Source: Vulcanimicrobiota bacterium (GTDB lineage Bacteria > Vulcanimicrobiota > Vulcanimicrobiia > Vulcanimicrobiales > Vulcanimicrobiaceae). From it: 64,000 nucleotides of DNA. The DNA is taken from positions 768,001 through 832,000 of the forward strand of contig CAVZQC010000002.1 of the NCBI GenBank assembly GCA_963777315.1. The letters run 5' to 3'. The notes beneath the pieces were generated by a model that had not been told where the DNA came from, did not search any database, and saw nothing but the letters and a program-made list of their open reading frames with translations. This document shows, one piece after another, positions 9,733 through 18,905 of the stretch. Each line of letters begins with the position of its first letter. Positions within the stretch are counted from its first letter, which is position 1. The position numbers and the translations under genes are program-made.

Positions 9733-10923
9733 TTAGAGCGCAACGGCCTCGGGAAGCGCCGCGTATTCGTCGTCTTCCGGTATGGTGTGCGCGTTCGCCA
9801 TCTGTGCTATCAGCGCAGCGATCCGGCGCGAACTGCGTTTGGGTGCGACGAGTTCCTGATTGCGGCGCATCTGCGCTAGACGGCGTTCGTTCTTCACAAG
9901 CCCCTCGACCGCGCGCACGACCTGCGCGCTGCCCGCGATGGCCACCGCGCCGATGCCGTTGCGGCGCACGAAATCGACGTTTCCGCGTTCCTGTCCGGGG
10001 ACGTAATCGTAGATGACCACGGGCAGCTGCGCGGCGTTCGCCTCCGCGAGCGTGCCGGGACCGGCTTTGGTCACCAGCAGATCGGCAGCGCGCATGAGCT
10101 CGGGCACCTTGTCGGTAAAGCCCAGAATCGTCATCGGCGTGGGCAGCGACGGCGCCAAGTCCTCGATTTTCGCGCGCAGGGTTTCGTTGCGGCCGCACAC
10201 GACGACCAAGTGCATCGGAAGCTGCGCTTTGGCAAGGGCGAGCGTCGTCGTCATCAGTTTTCCGCCGCCTTCTCCGCCCGCCATCAGCAGCGTTATGAAT
10301 CCGCTCCGCGGCAAGCCCAGCGCGGCGCGCAACTCTTCCTTGGTACCGACCACGTCGTCGAATTTGGGATGGATCGGTTGGCCCAGCATACGCAGCCGCG
10401 AGGGAAAAACGCCCCGCGACAATGCACGCTCGTATACTTCGCGCGCCGGAACGACGATCGCATCGGCCGCAGGCGTTAGCCACGACTCGTGCACCTTGCC
10501 TAAATCGGTGATGACGGTGACGATGGGAACGTGGCGCATGTTGGCGTCAGCGCGCGCGCGAAGCGCTGCGTGATTGAGCAGCGGATGCACCGAAACGATC
10601 ACGTCGGGGCGATAGTTGACGAACAGATCGCGCAGGCGTTCGCGGTACAACGGCTCGCAGAAGCGCACGAGCGCCTTGTAACGGCGCCGCCCGTTGGTCG
10701 CATAGTACAGCGCCCCGTACACCGGCGGAGCATAGCGCAGCGCCGTCGAGTATCCCCACCCCAGCTGCGTGAGCGGAAACGAGCAGTGAGCGGCAACGTC
10801 GTCGATGCGATGCTCGAAGGATGCGGGACGCTGGATCTCGTCAAGGGCTGCCGTAATCGCATTGGACGCGCTGCGATGGCCGCCTCCGGTATCCGAGATC
10901 AAAAAAAGCGCTCGCTTGGTCAA
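9733..10923 (-). CDS. MGDG synthase/UgtP-like diacylglycerol glycosyltransferase (GT28)
   Basis: SDTGGGHRSA, VSVHP, VITD, VCGRN, TKAGPGTLAEA and PGQE motifs. TTG start at 10923 with GAGGT SD overlaps the upstream TGA. Confidence 0.9.
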   Translation of the reverse strand: MTKRALFLISDTGGGHRSASNAITAALDEIQRPASFEHRIDDVAAHCSFPLTQLGWGYSTALRYAPPVYGALYYATNGRRRYKALVRFCEPLYRERLRDLFVNYRPDVIVSVHPLLNHAALRARADANMRHVPIVTVITDLGKVHESWLTPAADAIVVPAREVYERALSRGVFPSRLRMLGQPIHPKFDDVVGTKEELRAALGLPRSGFITLLMAGGEGGGKLMTTTLALAKAQLPMHLVVVCGRNETLRAKIEDLAPSLPTPMTILGFTDKVPELMRAADLLVTKAGPGTLAEANAAQLPVVIYDYVPGQERGNVDFVRRNGIGAVAIAGSAQVVRAVEGLVKNERRLAQMRRNQELVAPKRSSRRIAALIAQMANAHTIPEDDEYAALPEAVAL

Positions 10924-11426
10924 GCCGTCCGTACCTCGTTCGAGCCGCTCAGCCGTTTCTTGGCAGGGCGCAAGGACGACAAGAGCGCCCGCGCCGGAGC
11001 ATCGTAAAAGCGAAAGATGTCGCCGAACTCGGTTTGCGGATTTCGGTGGTGGCCGTCGTGGTCCTCGGGAAGCACGATCTGCAGGGGCCGGCAAACCGTT
11101 TTCAGCCAAGTGGGCGTTCTCCATCCTATTTCGGTCGTATGCCGCCACCAGACGTGCAATTGACCCAAAAGTAGGCCGGCCAGCGCGCCCTGCCACGATA
11201 AGCGCCATACCAAAGCCGCTACGGCGATGTATGGGAGCGCGCCCAGCAATCCGTCCAGCAGCACGCCGGGATCGGCGCACAGCACGGCGTGGTGGCGATA
11301 CGGACGGCGGCGGTCGTGGTGCGTTCGCAGGTGCAGCCGAAACCATAGGTGCTGCGGCACATGGTAGAAGAACGTTGACCCAAAATCGCCGACGACGAGG
11401 ACGACAAGCGCTGCGACTGCGGGCAT
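10920..11426 (-). CDS. Fatty acid hydroxylase / sterol desaturase superfamily protein
   Basis: His boxes HVPQH, HLRTHH, HVWWRH, HDGHH, plus hydrophobic segments. Confidence 0.8.
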   Translation of the reverse strand: MPAVAALVVLVVGDFGSTFFYHVPQHLWFRLHLRTHHDRRRPYRHHAVLCADPGVLLDGLLGALPYIAVAALVWRLSWQGALAGLLLGQLHVWWRHTTEIGWRTPTWLKTVCRPLQIVLPEDHDGHHRNPQTEFGDIFRFYDAPARALLSSLRPAKKRLSGSNEVRTA

Positions 11427-11431
11427 CAGGT

Positions 11432-12082
11432 GTGGTCTTTCTCTTCCTTTGCTGTGCCTGCTCCGGACCAACCGGCGCGAGCAGGCGGAATACGACCGTA
11501 TACATACCCGTCGTAGTCGATAACGCCCTGAGCTGGCATGCGCCTGCATACGCACCGGCGATCTCGGGCATGCGGCCGCTGCGCGACGGTCCGCGCACCT
11601 CCAGCGCGATCTTGGCCGTTACGCGCAGCGTTCTGCACACCAATCCGCGCATCGGCGCGGTCGATGCGCTGCTGCTCGCCGGTGCCGCCGTGCGTGCGGC
11701 CCGCGCGAATGCATTGCCGCCCGAGTTCTTGGCCGCGGCGCTGTTGCAGGAGTCTGCGTTCGATCCGCGCGCGCTTTCGGCCGCCGGCGCGGTGGGCATC
11801 GCGCAGTTCATGCCCTCGACGGCCGCGGGCATCGGCGTGAATCCGTTCGATCCGTATGAAGCCATCGCGGGTGCAGCTGCTTTGCTGGCGTCGTACGTGC
11901 GCGCGTTTGCCGGGTATCCCAATCCGTACGTCGCCGCCTTGGCCGCGTACAACGCGGGTCCGGGTGCGGTTCAGGCCTACCACGGGGTTCCGCCGTACGC
12001 CGAGACGCGCGAGTACATCGACGACATCGCCGACCGCTGGGCAAAGATTGCCGGGGACGAGGCGCCAATACGCGGCAGATGA
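11432..12082 (+). CDS. Lytic transglycosylase (SLT domain), possible lipoprotein
   Basis: QESAFDPRALSAAGAVGIAQFMP, AAYNAGPG and PPYAETREY motifs. Start uncertain (GTG 11432). Confidence 0.85.
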   Translation: MVFLFLCCACSGPTGASRRNTTVYIPVVVDNALSWHAPAYAPAISGMRPLRDGPRTSSAILAVTRSVLHTNPRIGAVDALLLAGAAVRAARANALPPEFLAAALLQESAFDPRALSAAGAVGIAQFMPSTAAGIGVNPFDPYEAIAGAAALLASYVRAFAGYPNPYVAALAAYNAGPGAVQAYHGVPPYAETREYIDDIADRWAKIAGDEAPIRGR

Positions 12083-12564
12083 GCCAACGATTTCGTTCAA
12101 CGATCGCGGCGGTTTGCATCGCGCTGACCGCTGCAGCATGCGGCAGTCCCGCTTCGGGGATCACGTTCGACGCGCCCCAAGGCTGGAAATCGACGCCTGG
12201 AATGTTCGGCCGCTTCCAAATGTGGATCAACGGATCCGGTCAAAACGACCGGCAATTCGTCATCCTCGTCCGCGGCGATCAGAACATGCGCCTGGAAGAT
12301 TCGCAAAACATCAGCGGCACCGAGCGCATGCGCGACTTCAAACGCAATAACATCACGCTGTGCGGCTCGCAAAAAGGCGAGCATTTCGTCGGGCGCGGTG
12401 ACTCGCGTTCGGGCTCCACGCGCGTGCAAGAAACCGTCGAGGGCGTTACGACGACGATTGGAGACTCCAAATACGCCGCCATGTATATTCGTCCGACAGC
12501 CATGCGCCCCGACCCGCAGGCGCAATCGGCGCTGCGTTCCCTGTGTCCTAAACACAGCGGGTGA
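12079..12564 (+). CDS. Hypothetical lipoprotein
   Basis: Signal peptide with AAAC lipobox; ATGA overlap with the SLT gene. Confidence 0.65.
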   Translation: MSQRFRSTIAAVCIALTAAACGSPASGITFDAPQGWKSTPGMFGRFQMWINGSGQNDRQFVILVRGDQNMRLEDSQNISGTERMRDFKRNNITLCGSQKGEHFVGRGDSRSGSTRVQETVEGVTTTIGDSKYAAMYIRPTAMRPDPQAQSALRSLCPKHSG

Positions 12565-13964
12565 ATCCGGTCGTGAAGCGGCTGATCGCGCGTCAGCCGC
12601 TCGCGTGGACGCTGCCGGAAAAACACGGACCGACGCTGCGGCGCGCTTTGGGATGGCGCTCGTTAACGGCGATCGGACTTGGGACGATGCTGGGCGGCAT
12701 TTTTCCCACGCTCGGCGCCGGCGCGCACGCCACCGGCCCCGCGGTCGTGCTGGCGTATGGCTTGTCGGGCGCAGTAAGTTTGTGCGTTGCGCTCTGCTAC
12801 GCCGAATTTGCCTCGATGGTGCCGGTCGCAGGCAGCGCGTATACGTACGCGTACGCGACGCTGGGCGAACTCGTCGCCTGGGTGATCGGCTGGGATCTCA
12901 TTTTAGAGTACGGTCTTTCGGTTGCACCGACCGCGGCATCGTGGTCGGACTATCTGCAGCATCTGATCGGCAATTTCGGCATGCATTTACCCGCATGGCT
13001 GCAAAACGGGAACGCGCTGAGCGCGCATCCGCATCTCGATCTTGCGGCAGCGTTGGTAACGCTGGGAGTAACGCTGCTGGTTGCGATCGGCATTCGCGAA
13101 TCGGCCGGCGTGAACGGCGCACTCGTCGTCTTTCAGATCGTCACGATGATCGTGTTTCTGGCGGCGGCTGCCGGCTCGGTGCACGCCGGCAATTTGCAGC
13201 CGTTCGCGCCCCACGGCCGGCACGGCATTCTCGCCGGAACCGCGCTGGTTTTCTACGCGTACATCGGTTTCGACACCGTTACCGTCGCTTCGGAAGAAGC
13301 GCGCAATCCAGTACGCGACGTACCGATCGGCATCATGCTCTCGTTGGTACTGGGCGTTGTCCTGTACGTTGCGCTCGCCTACGTGACGGTCGGCGTGATG
13401 CCCTCGGCGCGTTTGAGCGAAGGCGCGGCGATGCTCGACGCGGTCGGCGCGGCGCATCGGTCGCGCCTGATATACTGGATCGTCGCATTGGGCGGCATCG
13501 CCGGAAACACAACGGTGATGCTGACCTCGCTGCTGGGCCAAATTCGGATATTCTACGTCATGGCGCGCGACCGAATGCTGCCACCGAGTCTGGCGCGCGT
13601 GCATCCGCGTTTTCGCACTCCCGCGCGCATGACGCTCATTACCGGCCTGGCGGTGGCGGTTTTAGCGGCCACGCTTCCGTTAGGCGAACTGCTGGATTTC
13701 GTGAACATCGGAACGCTGTCGGCGTTCGGTATCGTCTGTCTTGGCGTAGTTGTGCTGCGCGTGGCGGCGCCGCGCGCGCGGCGACCGTTCCGCGCGCCGC
13801 TGGGGACGATGTTCGGCGTGCTGGGCGCAGCAGCGTGTTTTTATCTGATCTCGGGCTTGTCGTGGCCCACCTGGGTGCGCTTTGCCGTATGGTTCAGCGC
13901 TGGACTGGTTCTGTACGGTCTGTACGGATATCGCCGCTCGCGCCTGCGGACGGCGGCCGGCTGA
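12561..13964 (+). CDS. Amino acid permease (APC family, cationic amino acid transporter-like)
   Basis: CYAEFASMVPVAGSAYTYAY, GWDLILEY, AYIGFD, EEARNP motifs; about 12 TM. Confidence 0.9.
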   Translation: MNPVVKRLIARQPLAWTLPEKHGPTLRRALGWRSLTAIGLGTMLGGIFPTLGAGAHATGPAVVLAYGLSGAVSLCVALCYAEFASMVPVAGSAYTYAYATLGELVAWVIGWDLILEYGLSVAPTAASWSDYLQHLIGNFGMHLPAWLQNGNALSAHPHLDLAAALVTLGVTLLVAIGIRESAGVNGALVVFQIVTMIVFLAAAAGSVHAGNLQPFAPHGRHGILAGTALVFYAYIGFDTVTVASEEARNPVRDVPIGIMLSLVLGVVLYVALAYVTVGVMPSARLSEGAAMLDAVGAAHRSRLIYWIVALGGIAGNTTVMLTSLLGQIRIFYVMARDRMLPPSLARVHPRFRTPARMTLITGLAVAVLAATLPLGELLDFVNIGTLSAFGIVCLGVVVLRVAAPRARRPFRAPLGTMFGVLGAAACFYLISGLSWPTWVRFAVWFSAGLVLYGLYGYRRSRLRTAAG

Positions 13965-14721
13965 ACACGTCGCGCAAAAATGCCTGCACCAAATCCCATG
14001 AGTCGGCGACGGCGCCCGCGATCGCTTCGTCGGAATATTTTTGATGTTCGACGATCGCCTCCGGACGCCCGTGGCGGAAAAACGAGTGCCCGACCTGCGG
14101 GTAGATTTGCATGCGAAACGATTTGCCGGCGTCCGTGAGCGTGCGCTCGATGCGATCCATGTCGTATCGCGAAACGTAGTAATCCTTTTCACCGAATACG
14201 AGCAGCAGCGGCACCGCTACCTCGTGTGCGTGTTCGATGGGCGGTTCGCCCCCGCCGGGCATCGACGTTGCGACGTTGCCGGGATAAAAGCAGACCGCGC
14301 CGCTGAGCTGCGAAAGGCCCGACGCAACGAACGCAGCAGTGCCGCCGAAACCGAAACCCCAGACGGCGATTCTGCCGGTTTTTACGAACGGCTGCGCGTT
14401 CAGCCAGTCTGCCGCCGCGGCGACGTCCGCGCTCAGCGTTCGCGCCGATACGTTTGCCGCCGCGGAAAACGCGTTGCGGCTGCCTTCTTCGGTGTAGGGT
14501 TCGGCGATTGCGGGATGGGTGCGATGGTAATAGTTGATCGATAATCCAACGTATCCGGCGCTGGCGAGCATGTCGGTCACGCGACGGATCTCGGGCGTAA
14601 ACCCGAAGACTTCTTGCAGCACGATGACTGCGGGATGCTGACCCGATTGCTCCTCGGGTCGCGCCAAGTACCCCGTCATCTGCGAGCCGTCGATGGAAAT
14701 GGTGACGTCCTGGCTGATCAT
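13894..14721 (-). CDS. Dienelactone hydrolase family protein, nucleophile Cys replaced by Gly
   Basis: LQEVFG, FYP, GEKD and GHSF motifs. The elbow reads GFGFGG instead of GFCxGG. AAAGGAG SD before ATG 14721. Confidence 0.85.
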   Translation of the reverse strand: MISQDVTISIDGSQMTGYLARPEEQSGQHPAVIVLQEVFGFTPEIRRVTDMLASAGYVGLSINYYHRTHPAIAEPYTEEGSRNAFSAAANVSARTLSADVAAAADWLNAQPFVKTGRIAVWGFGFGGTAAFVASGLSQLSGAVCFYPGNVATSMPGGGEPPIEHAHEVAVPLLLVFGEKDYYVSRYDMDRIERTLTDAGKSFRMQIYPQVGHSFFRHGRPEAIVEHQKYSDEAIAGAVADSWDLVQAFLRDVFSRPPSAGASGDIRTDRTEPVQR

Positions 14722-14820
14722 GCTCGAAAAGCTCCTTTCGCGGTTCAATATTCCCTCAGCTGCCCCCGCACCTGCAGGCGGCGACGAGGGCAGGCGGTTT
14801 TAGGGTAAGGGGCCTTTCAT

Positions 14821-15816
14821 ATGAACGTCGCGGCGGCATCGTCCGGGCGCCTGGCCATCATTCGCGGACCGCAGCCGGCGCAAAGCGCGTCGTTCGGCGA
14901 CGACGTACGCGCGGGCCTGTCGAGCGCGGAAAAGCACCTTTCCTCGAAGTATTTCTACGACGAGCTCGGATCGGCGCTCTTCGATGCCATTACCGTTTTG
15001 CCCGAATACTATCTCACGCGTGCCGAAACGGAGATTTTGCGTCAGTGGGGCTGGGAGATCGTACGCGCGCTCGGCAATCCCATCGAATTCGTCGAGCTGG
15101 GAAGCGGAAGCGCGATAAAGACCCGCATCCTGATAGATGAAGCGCTGCGGGTTCAGCGCAGCTTGCGGTACTCGCCGATCGACATATCGGGCGAAGCCCT
15201 GCGCGCGTCGGCGCAGGCGCTGGTCGCGGCGTACCCGTCGCTGACGGTCACCGCATACGCGGGCGACTATTTCGCACTGCTGGAAGCCGGAGGGCTGCAG
15301 CGCGAGAAACGCACGCTCGCGCTGTTCTTGGGTTCGAACATCGGAAACTACGAGCCGCAGCAGGCGGTACGGCTGCTGGCCGCGATCGCATCGTCGCTCA
15401 AAGCAGGAGATGGACTGCTGCTCGGAGCGGATCTCAAGAAAGATCCGCACGTGCTGCAGCTGGCCTACGACGATCCGGCCGGCGTGACGGCGGCTTTCAA
15501 CAAAAATGTGCTCGCGCGAATCAACCGCGAACTTGGCGGCACGTTCGACTTGCGCGACTTTCGGCACGTCGCAACGTACGACGATGAGTCGGGCGCGGTG
15601 CGCTCGTACTTGGAAGCGCTGCGCGCCCACGACGTGCGCGTCGAGGGCATCGATCTCGCCATTGCGTTCGGTGCCGGCGCGCGGATTCACACCGAATCGT
15701 CCTATAAGTATTCGATCCAGGACATCGCCCGGCTCGGAGCTGGAGCCGGTTTGCGTCTGGAACGCACCTGGACTGATTCGCAGGAGCGCTTCAGCGTCAA
15801 CCTTTTCGTCCTATAG
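14821..15816 (+). CDS. egtD: L-histidine N-alpha-methyltransferase
   Basis: KYFYDELGSALFDAITVLPEYYLTRAE, ELGSGS, FLGSNIGN, AYDDPAGVTAAFN and IHTESSYKY motifs. Confidence 0.92.
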   Translation: MNVAAASSGRLAIIRGPQPAQSASFGDDVRAGLSSAEKHLSSKYFYDELGSALFDAITVLPEYYLTRAETEILRQWGWEIVRALGNPIEFVELGSGSAIKTRILIDEALRVQRSLRYSPIDISGEALRASAQALVAAYPSLTVTAYAGDYFALLEAGGLQREKRTLALFLGSNIGNYEPQQAVRLLAAIASSLKAGDGLLLGADLKKDPHVLQLAYDDPAGVTAAFNKNVLARINRELGGTFDLRDFRHVATYDDESGAVRSYLEALRAHDVRVEGIDLAIAFGAGARIHTESSYKYSIQDIARLGAGAGLRLERTWTDSQERFSVNLFVL

Positions 15817-15827
15817 CCGTTGTATAC

Positions 15828-15833
15828 TATAAT
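15828..15833 (+). promoter_or_regulatory. Perfect -10 box (TATAAT) 6 nt before the ATG of the S9 peptidase; leaderless-type promoter
   Basis: TATAAT-GCGGAC-ATG with no SD. Confidence 0.6.
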
Positions 15834-15839
15834 GCGGAC

Positions 15840-17924
15840 ATGATCGTCCGCACTAGCGCATTATGCGCTGCATTGGTATTGTCGCTGTGTGCCGCCGTTT
15901 CGGCAGCCAGCCCCACGCGCCGTCCCGTCGCAGCCGAAGACATTTATCAGCTCCGGTTCGTCTCGGATCCGCAGATCTCGCCGGACGGTCTGCACGTCGC
16001 GTTGGTCGTTTCGCGTGCGAACGGACCGAAGGATCGTTACGATAACTCTCTGTACGTCGTCGATGTCCGAACCGGCCGGATTACGTCGATCGCCGGGGGC
16101 GGACGCGATTCCGATCCGGCGTGGTCGCCGAATGGGCGAACGCTCGCATTCGTTCGTGGACCGGCAAAGAAAGGTGCGCGGCCGCAAATCTTCGCGTATG
16201 CGGCGGCATCGGGCCGCGTCGAGCAGCTCACGCACCTCAAAGCAGGCGCATTCGGGCCGCGGTATTCGCACGACGGCACCCGCATAGCGTTCGGAACGGT
16301 CACCGTGGACCCACCGCACGCCGCCTACGTCGATTTCAAGGCTGCGGGTTTTACTCCCGGCAAGCAGCAACGCAAGAGCGACGTGCGGATCGTGCGGCAG
16401 ATGCATTTTGAAAACAACGGGCAAGGCTACACCTACGATCGCCATACGCACATTTGGGTGATGAATGCGGACGGAAGCGCTGCGAGATCGCTTACGGGGG
16501 GCACGCAGTGGTCCGAGGGCAATCCGCAGTGGTCGCCCGACGACCGCACGATCGCGTTCGATTCTTTGCGATACGAATCGCCCAGCGGCGGTCCGAACGA
16601 CGTGTACACGATCGCCGCTTCGGGCGGCGCCATGCACAAACTCGTTTCGAATCAGCCTGCAAATTATCTGTTGGCCTTCGATCGGCAAGGTTACCTGTGG
16701 TATTTTAGCGGCGGCGTTGCCGATCCGGCGCAGTTTCCGGCCCTCATGCGCGCCGCTCCCAACGGCGTTGGCGCGCGGACCGTCGTCGCGCGCAATCAGG
16801 TGCAATTCGGCGACACCGTGCTGGCCGACATGGGCGACCCCGGCGGGATGTGCGGCCCGCATTTTGCTCCGGGCGATCGTTTTGCAATCGCGGACTCCGA
16901 CGAACCCGGATACAGTGCCTTGGTCAAACTCGATCCGCGCAGCGGCGGGGTCAGCAGGCTCACTTCTGCCGGCGAAGCCGCGGAGTGCACGATGGACCGA
17001 GCGGGCCGAATGGTGGCCTACACGCTGTCGGACTTCACGCATCCGCGCGAAGTGTATCTGCTCGACCTTCGCACCGGCAAAAGCCGCGCGCTCACGCATT
17101 TCAATCGTGCGTACCTTTCTCGCGTGCAACTGTCGCAGCCGCGCGAATTTACGATCGCCGACGATGCGGGCTTTAGCGTGCAGGCGTGGTTCATGCCCGC
17201 AATCGGACACGGGCCGGGTGCGCATCCGACGATTTTGGACATCCACGGCGGCCCGCAGACGCAGTTCGGACAAACGTTCTTTCACGAGTTGCAGTATTGG
17301 GCGGGCCAAGGGTACAACGTCGTCTTTTCCGATCCCCGCGGCAGCGTAGGGCACGGATACGGTCTCGAAGCCGCGCTCAACGGTAAATGGGGCGAGGCGA
17401 TGTTCGACGACGTGCAGCGCGCCATGGATGCCGCCGTCCGGCGTCCCGGCGTGGACGCACACCGGCTTGCGGTCAGCGGAGGAAGCTACGGCGGATATGC
17501 GACGCTTTGGGTCGTTTCGCACACCGATCGCTACAAAGCCGCCATTGCCGAACGTTCGGTATCGAATTTGGTGAGCGAACAGCTCGCCGCGGATTTGGCA
17601 TCGAACAATGCATTTGGACTATTCGGCTCCTACGGCTTTGGCGATCCGTGGGACCCCAAGAGCGCCAATGCCGCCGAATCGCCGCTGACGTTCGTGCAGA
17701 ACGTTCGCACGCCGCTGATGATTTTGCATTCGTCGCAGGATATCCGCACGCCGGTCGATCAGAGTCTGCAAGAGTTCAACGCGCTCAAAATTTTGGGCAG
17801 CCCGGTGGAGTACGTCGACTTCCCCGGTGAGAATCACGACCTCTCGCGCACCGGAGCTCCGCTCCACCGCGTAGAGCGCTTACGGATCGAGGCACAATGG
17901 TTTGGGCACTACTTGCATCCATGA
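15840..17924 (+). CDS. S9 family (acylaminoacyl/dipeptidyl) peptidase, secreted
   Basis: Signal peptide, PD40-like WSPD repeats, IHGGP, GGSYGG nucleophile elbow, D-I-R and ENH triad residues. Confidence 0.92.
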   Translation: MIVRTSALCAALVLSLCAAVSAASPTRRPVAAEDIYQLRFVSDPQISPDGLHVALVVSRANGPKDRYDNSLYVVDVRTGRITSIAGGGRDSDPAWSPNGRTLAFVRGPAKKGARPQIFAYAAASGRVEQLTHLKAGAFGPRYSHDGTRIAFGTVTVDPPHAAYVDFKAAGFTPGKQQRKSDVRIVRQMHFENNGQGYTYDRHTHIWVMNADGSAARSLTGGTQWSEGNPQWSPDDRTIAFDSLRYESPSGGPNDVYTIAASGGAMHKLVSNQPANYLLAFDRQGYLWYFSGGVADPAQFPALMRAAPNGVGARTVVARNQVQFGDTVLADMGDPGGMCGPHFAPGDRFAIADSDEPGYSALVKLDPRSGGVSRLTSAGEAAECTMDRAGRMVAYTLSDFTHPREVYLLDLRTGKSRALTHFNRAYLSRVQLSQPREFTIADDAGFSVQAWFMPAIGHGPGAHPTILDIHGGPQTQFGQTFFHELQYWAGQGYNVVFSDPRGSVGHGYGLEAALNGKWGEAMFDDVQRAMDAAVRRPGVDAHRLAVSGGSYGGYATLWVVSHTDRYKAAIAERSVSNLVSEQLAADLASNNAFGLFGSYGFGDPWDPKSANAAESPLTFVQNVRTPLMILHSSQDIRTPVDQSLQEFNALKILGSPVEYVDFPGENHDLSRTGAPLHRVERLRIEAQWFGHYLHP

Positions 17925-18343
17925 CGCTGTTCGCGCAAGCTTTCTCCGGCGCATGGACGTGTTACGATCGATCGCAGGCCACTGCATGGCGGATTGCCTC
18001 TGCACCGGGCGGTGCGTGGACGATCGTGCGGTGGGGAGACCAGCACGGCAAGGACGGCGGGATTGCGTACGTGGGCTACGTGAGCAAATTGCGGGCGTGG
18101 GTGTATCGCGATTTTCACTACGACGGGTCGTATGCCGACATTGGCTCGCCGGGACCGGTAGGCCGTGTCTGGACGTGGTCCGGACCATACTACACCGGCG
18201 ATCGCAGGCTGGAGGGCGACATCACCTGGTTGCGAGCAGGCGATCGCATCGACCGAACGTTTCGTGCGCGCGTGGGCGGCAAACTCACTCCCAGCGGGCG
18301 CGACTACTGCGTTCGAGCAGACGGAACAGCGCGTCGACGATAA
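17897..18343 (+). CDS. Hypothetical protein (Trp-rich, beta-barrel-like)
   Basis: Protein-like composition; alternative ATG at 17921 gives an ATGA overlap. Confidence 0.55.
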   Translation: MVWALLASMTLFAQAFSGAWTCYDRSQATAWRIASAPGGAWTIVRWGDQHGKDGGIAYVGYVSKLRAWVYRDFHYDGSYADIGSPGPVGRVWTWSGPYYTGDRRLEGDITWLRAGDRIDRTFRARVGGKLTPSGRDYCVRADGTARRR

Positions 18344-18905
18344 CGGCCAGCGCCGCGGCAGGGATGCTGCCCGCCAGCGTCTGTTGGATGTATTTGCGCT
18401 GCAGTCCCAAGAAGATTTCATTGCCCAGGCCGCCCGCGCCGACGTAACCGCCCAGCGTGGCGATCGCGATCATCGCAACCGTCGCCAAACGCAGACCGCC
18501 CAGAACGACCGGCGCGGCCAGCGGCAGCTCAACCCGAACGAACTGCTGACGCGCCGACATGCCCAGACCACGCGCCGCGTCCTTCTGCGCCGAAGGCACG
18601 CCGTGCAACGCGGCGGCGATGCTGCGCACCAAGATGAACTGCGCGTATGCCGCCAGCACCAAGATGACGGGAACTGCGCCTAAACCTAAATATTTGACGG
18701 CCACCGCCAGCAGCGCGAGCGATGGAATGACGTAGATGATTCCCGTCGCGCCGAAGATCGGCGTGCCGGAGCGCGGAAAGCGCGCAGCTGCGATGCCCAA
18801 AGCCGACGCGGGAATCAGCGCGAGCGCCAAACCGGCGAATACGAGCTCGACGTGCTGCAAGGTCAGCGCGCCGATTTGGCTCAAGTGCGATTGCAAATAC
18901 GTCAT
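18285..18905 (-). CDS. Osmoprotectant-type ABC transporter permease
   Basis: IPSLALL, DAARGLGMS (EAA loop), GAGGLG. Confidence 0.9.
   Translation of the reverse strand: MTYLQSHLSQIGALTLQHVELVFAGLALALIPASALGIAAARFPRSGTPIFGATGIIYVIPSLALLAVAVKYLGLGAVPVILVLAAYAQFILVRSIAAALHGVPSAQKDAARGLGMSARQQFVRVELPLAAPVVLGGLRLATVAMIAIATLGGYVGAGGLGNEIFLGLQRKYIQQTLAGSIPAAALAVIVDALFRLLERSSRARWE

Noticed and set aside
6009..12082. Apparent long fusions or N-terminal extensions (547-aa YkgJ, 557-aa ROK, 739-aa glycosyltransferase, 425-aa SLT)
   Set aside because: The extensions are open frames running through neighbouring genes; internal starts with SD or overlap give normal-sized proteins.
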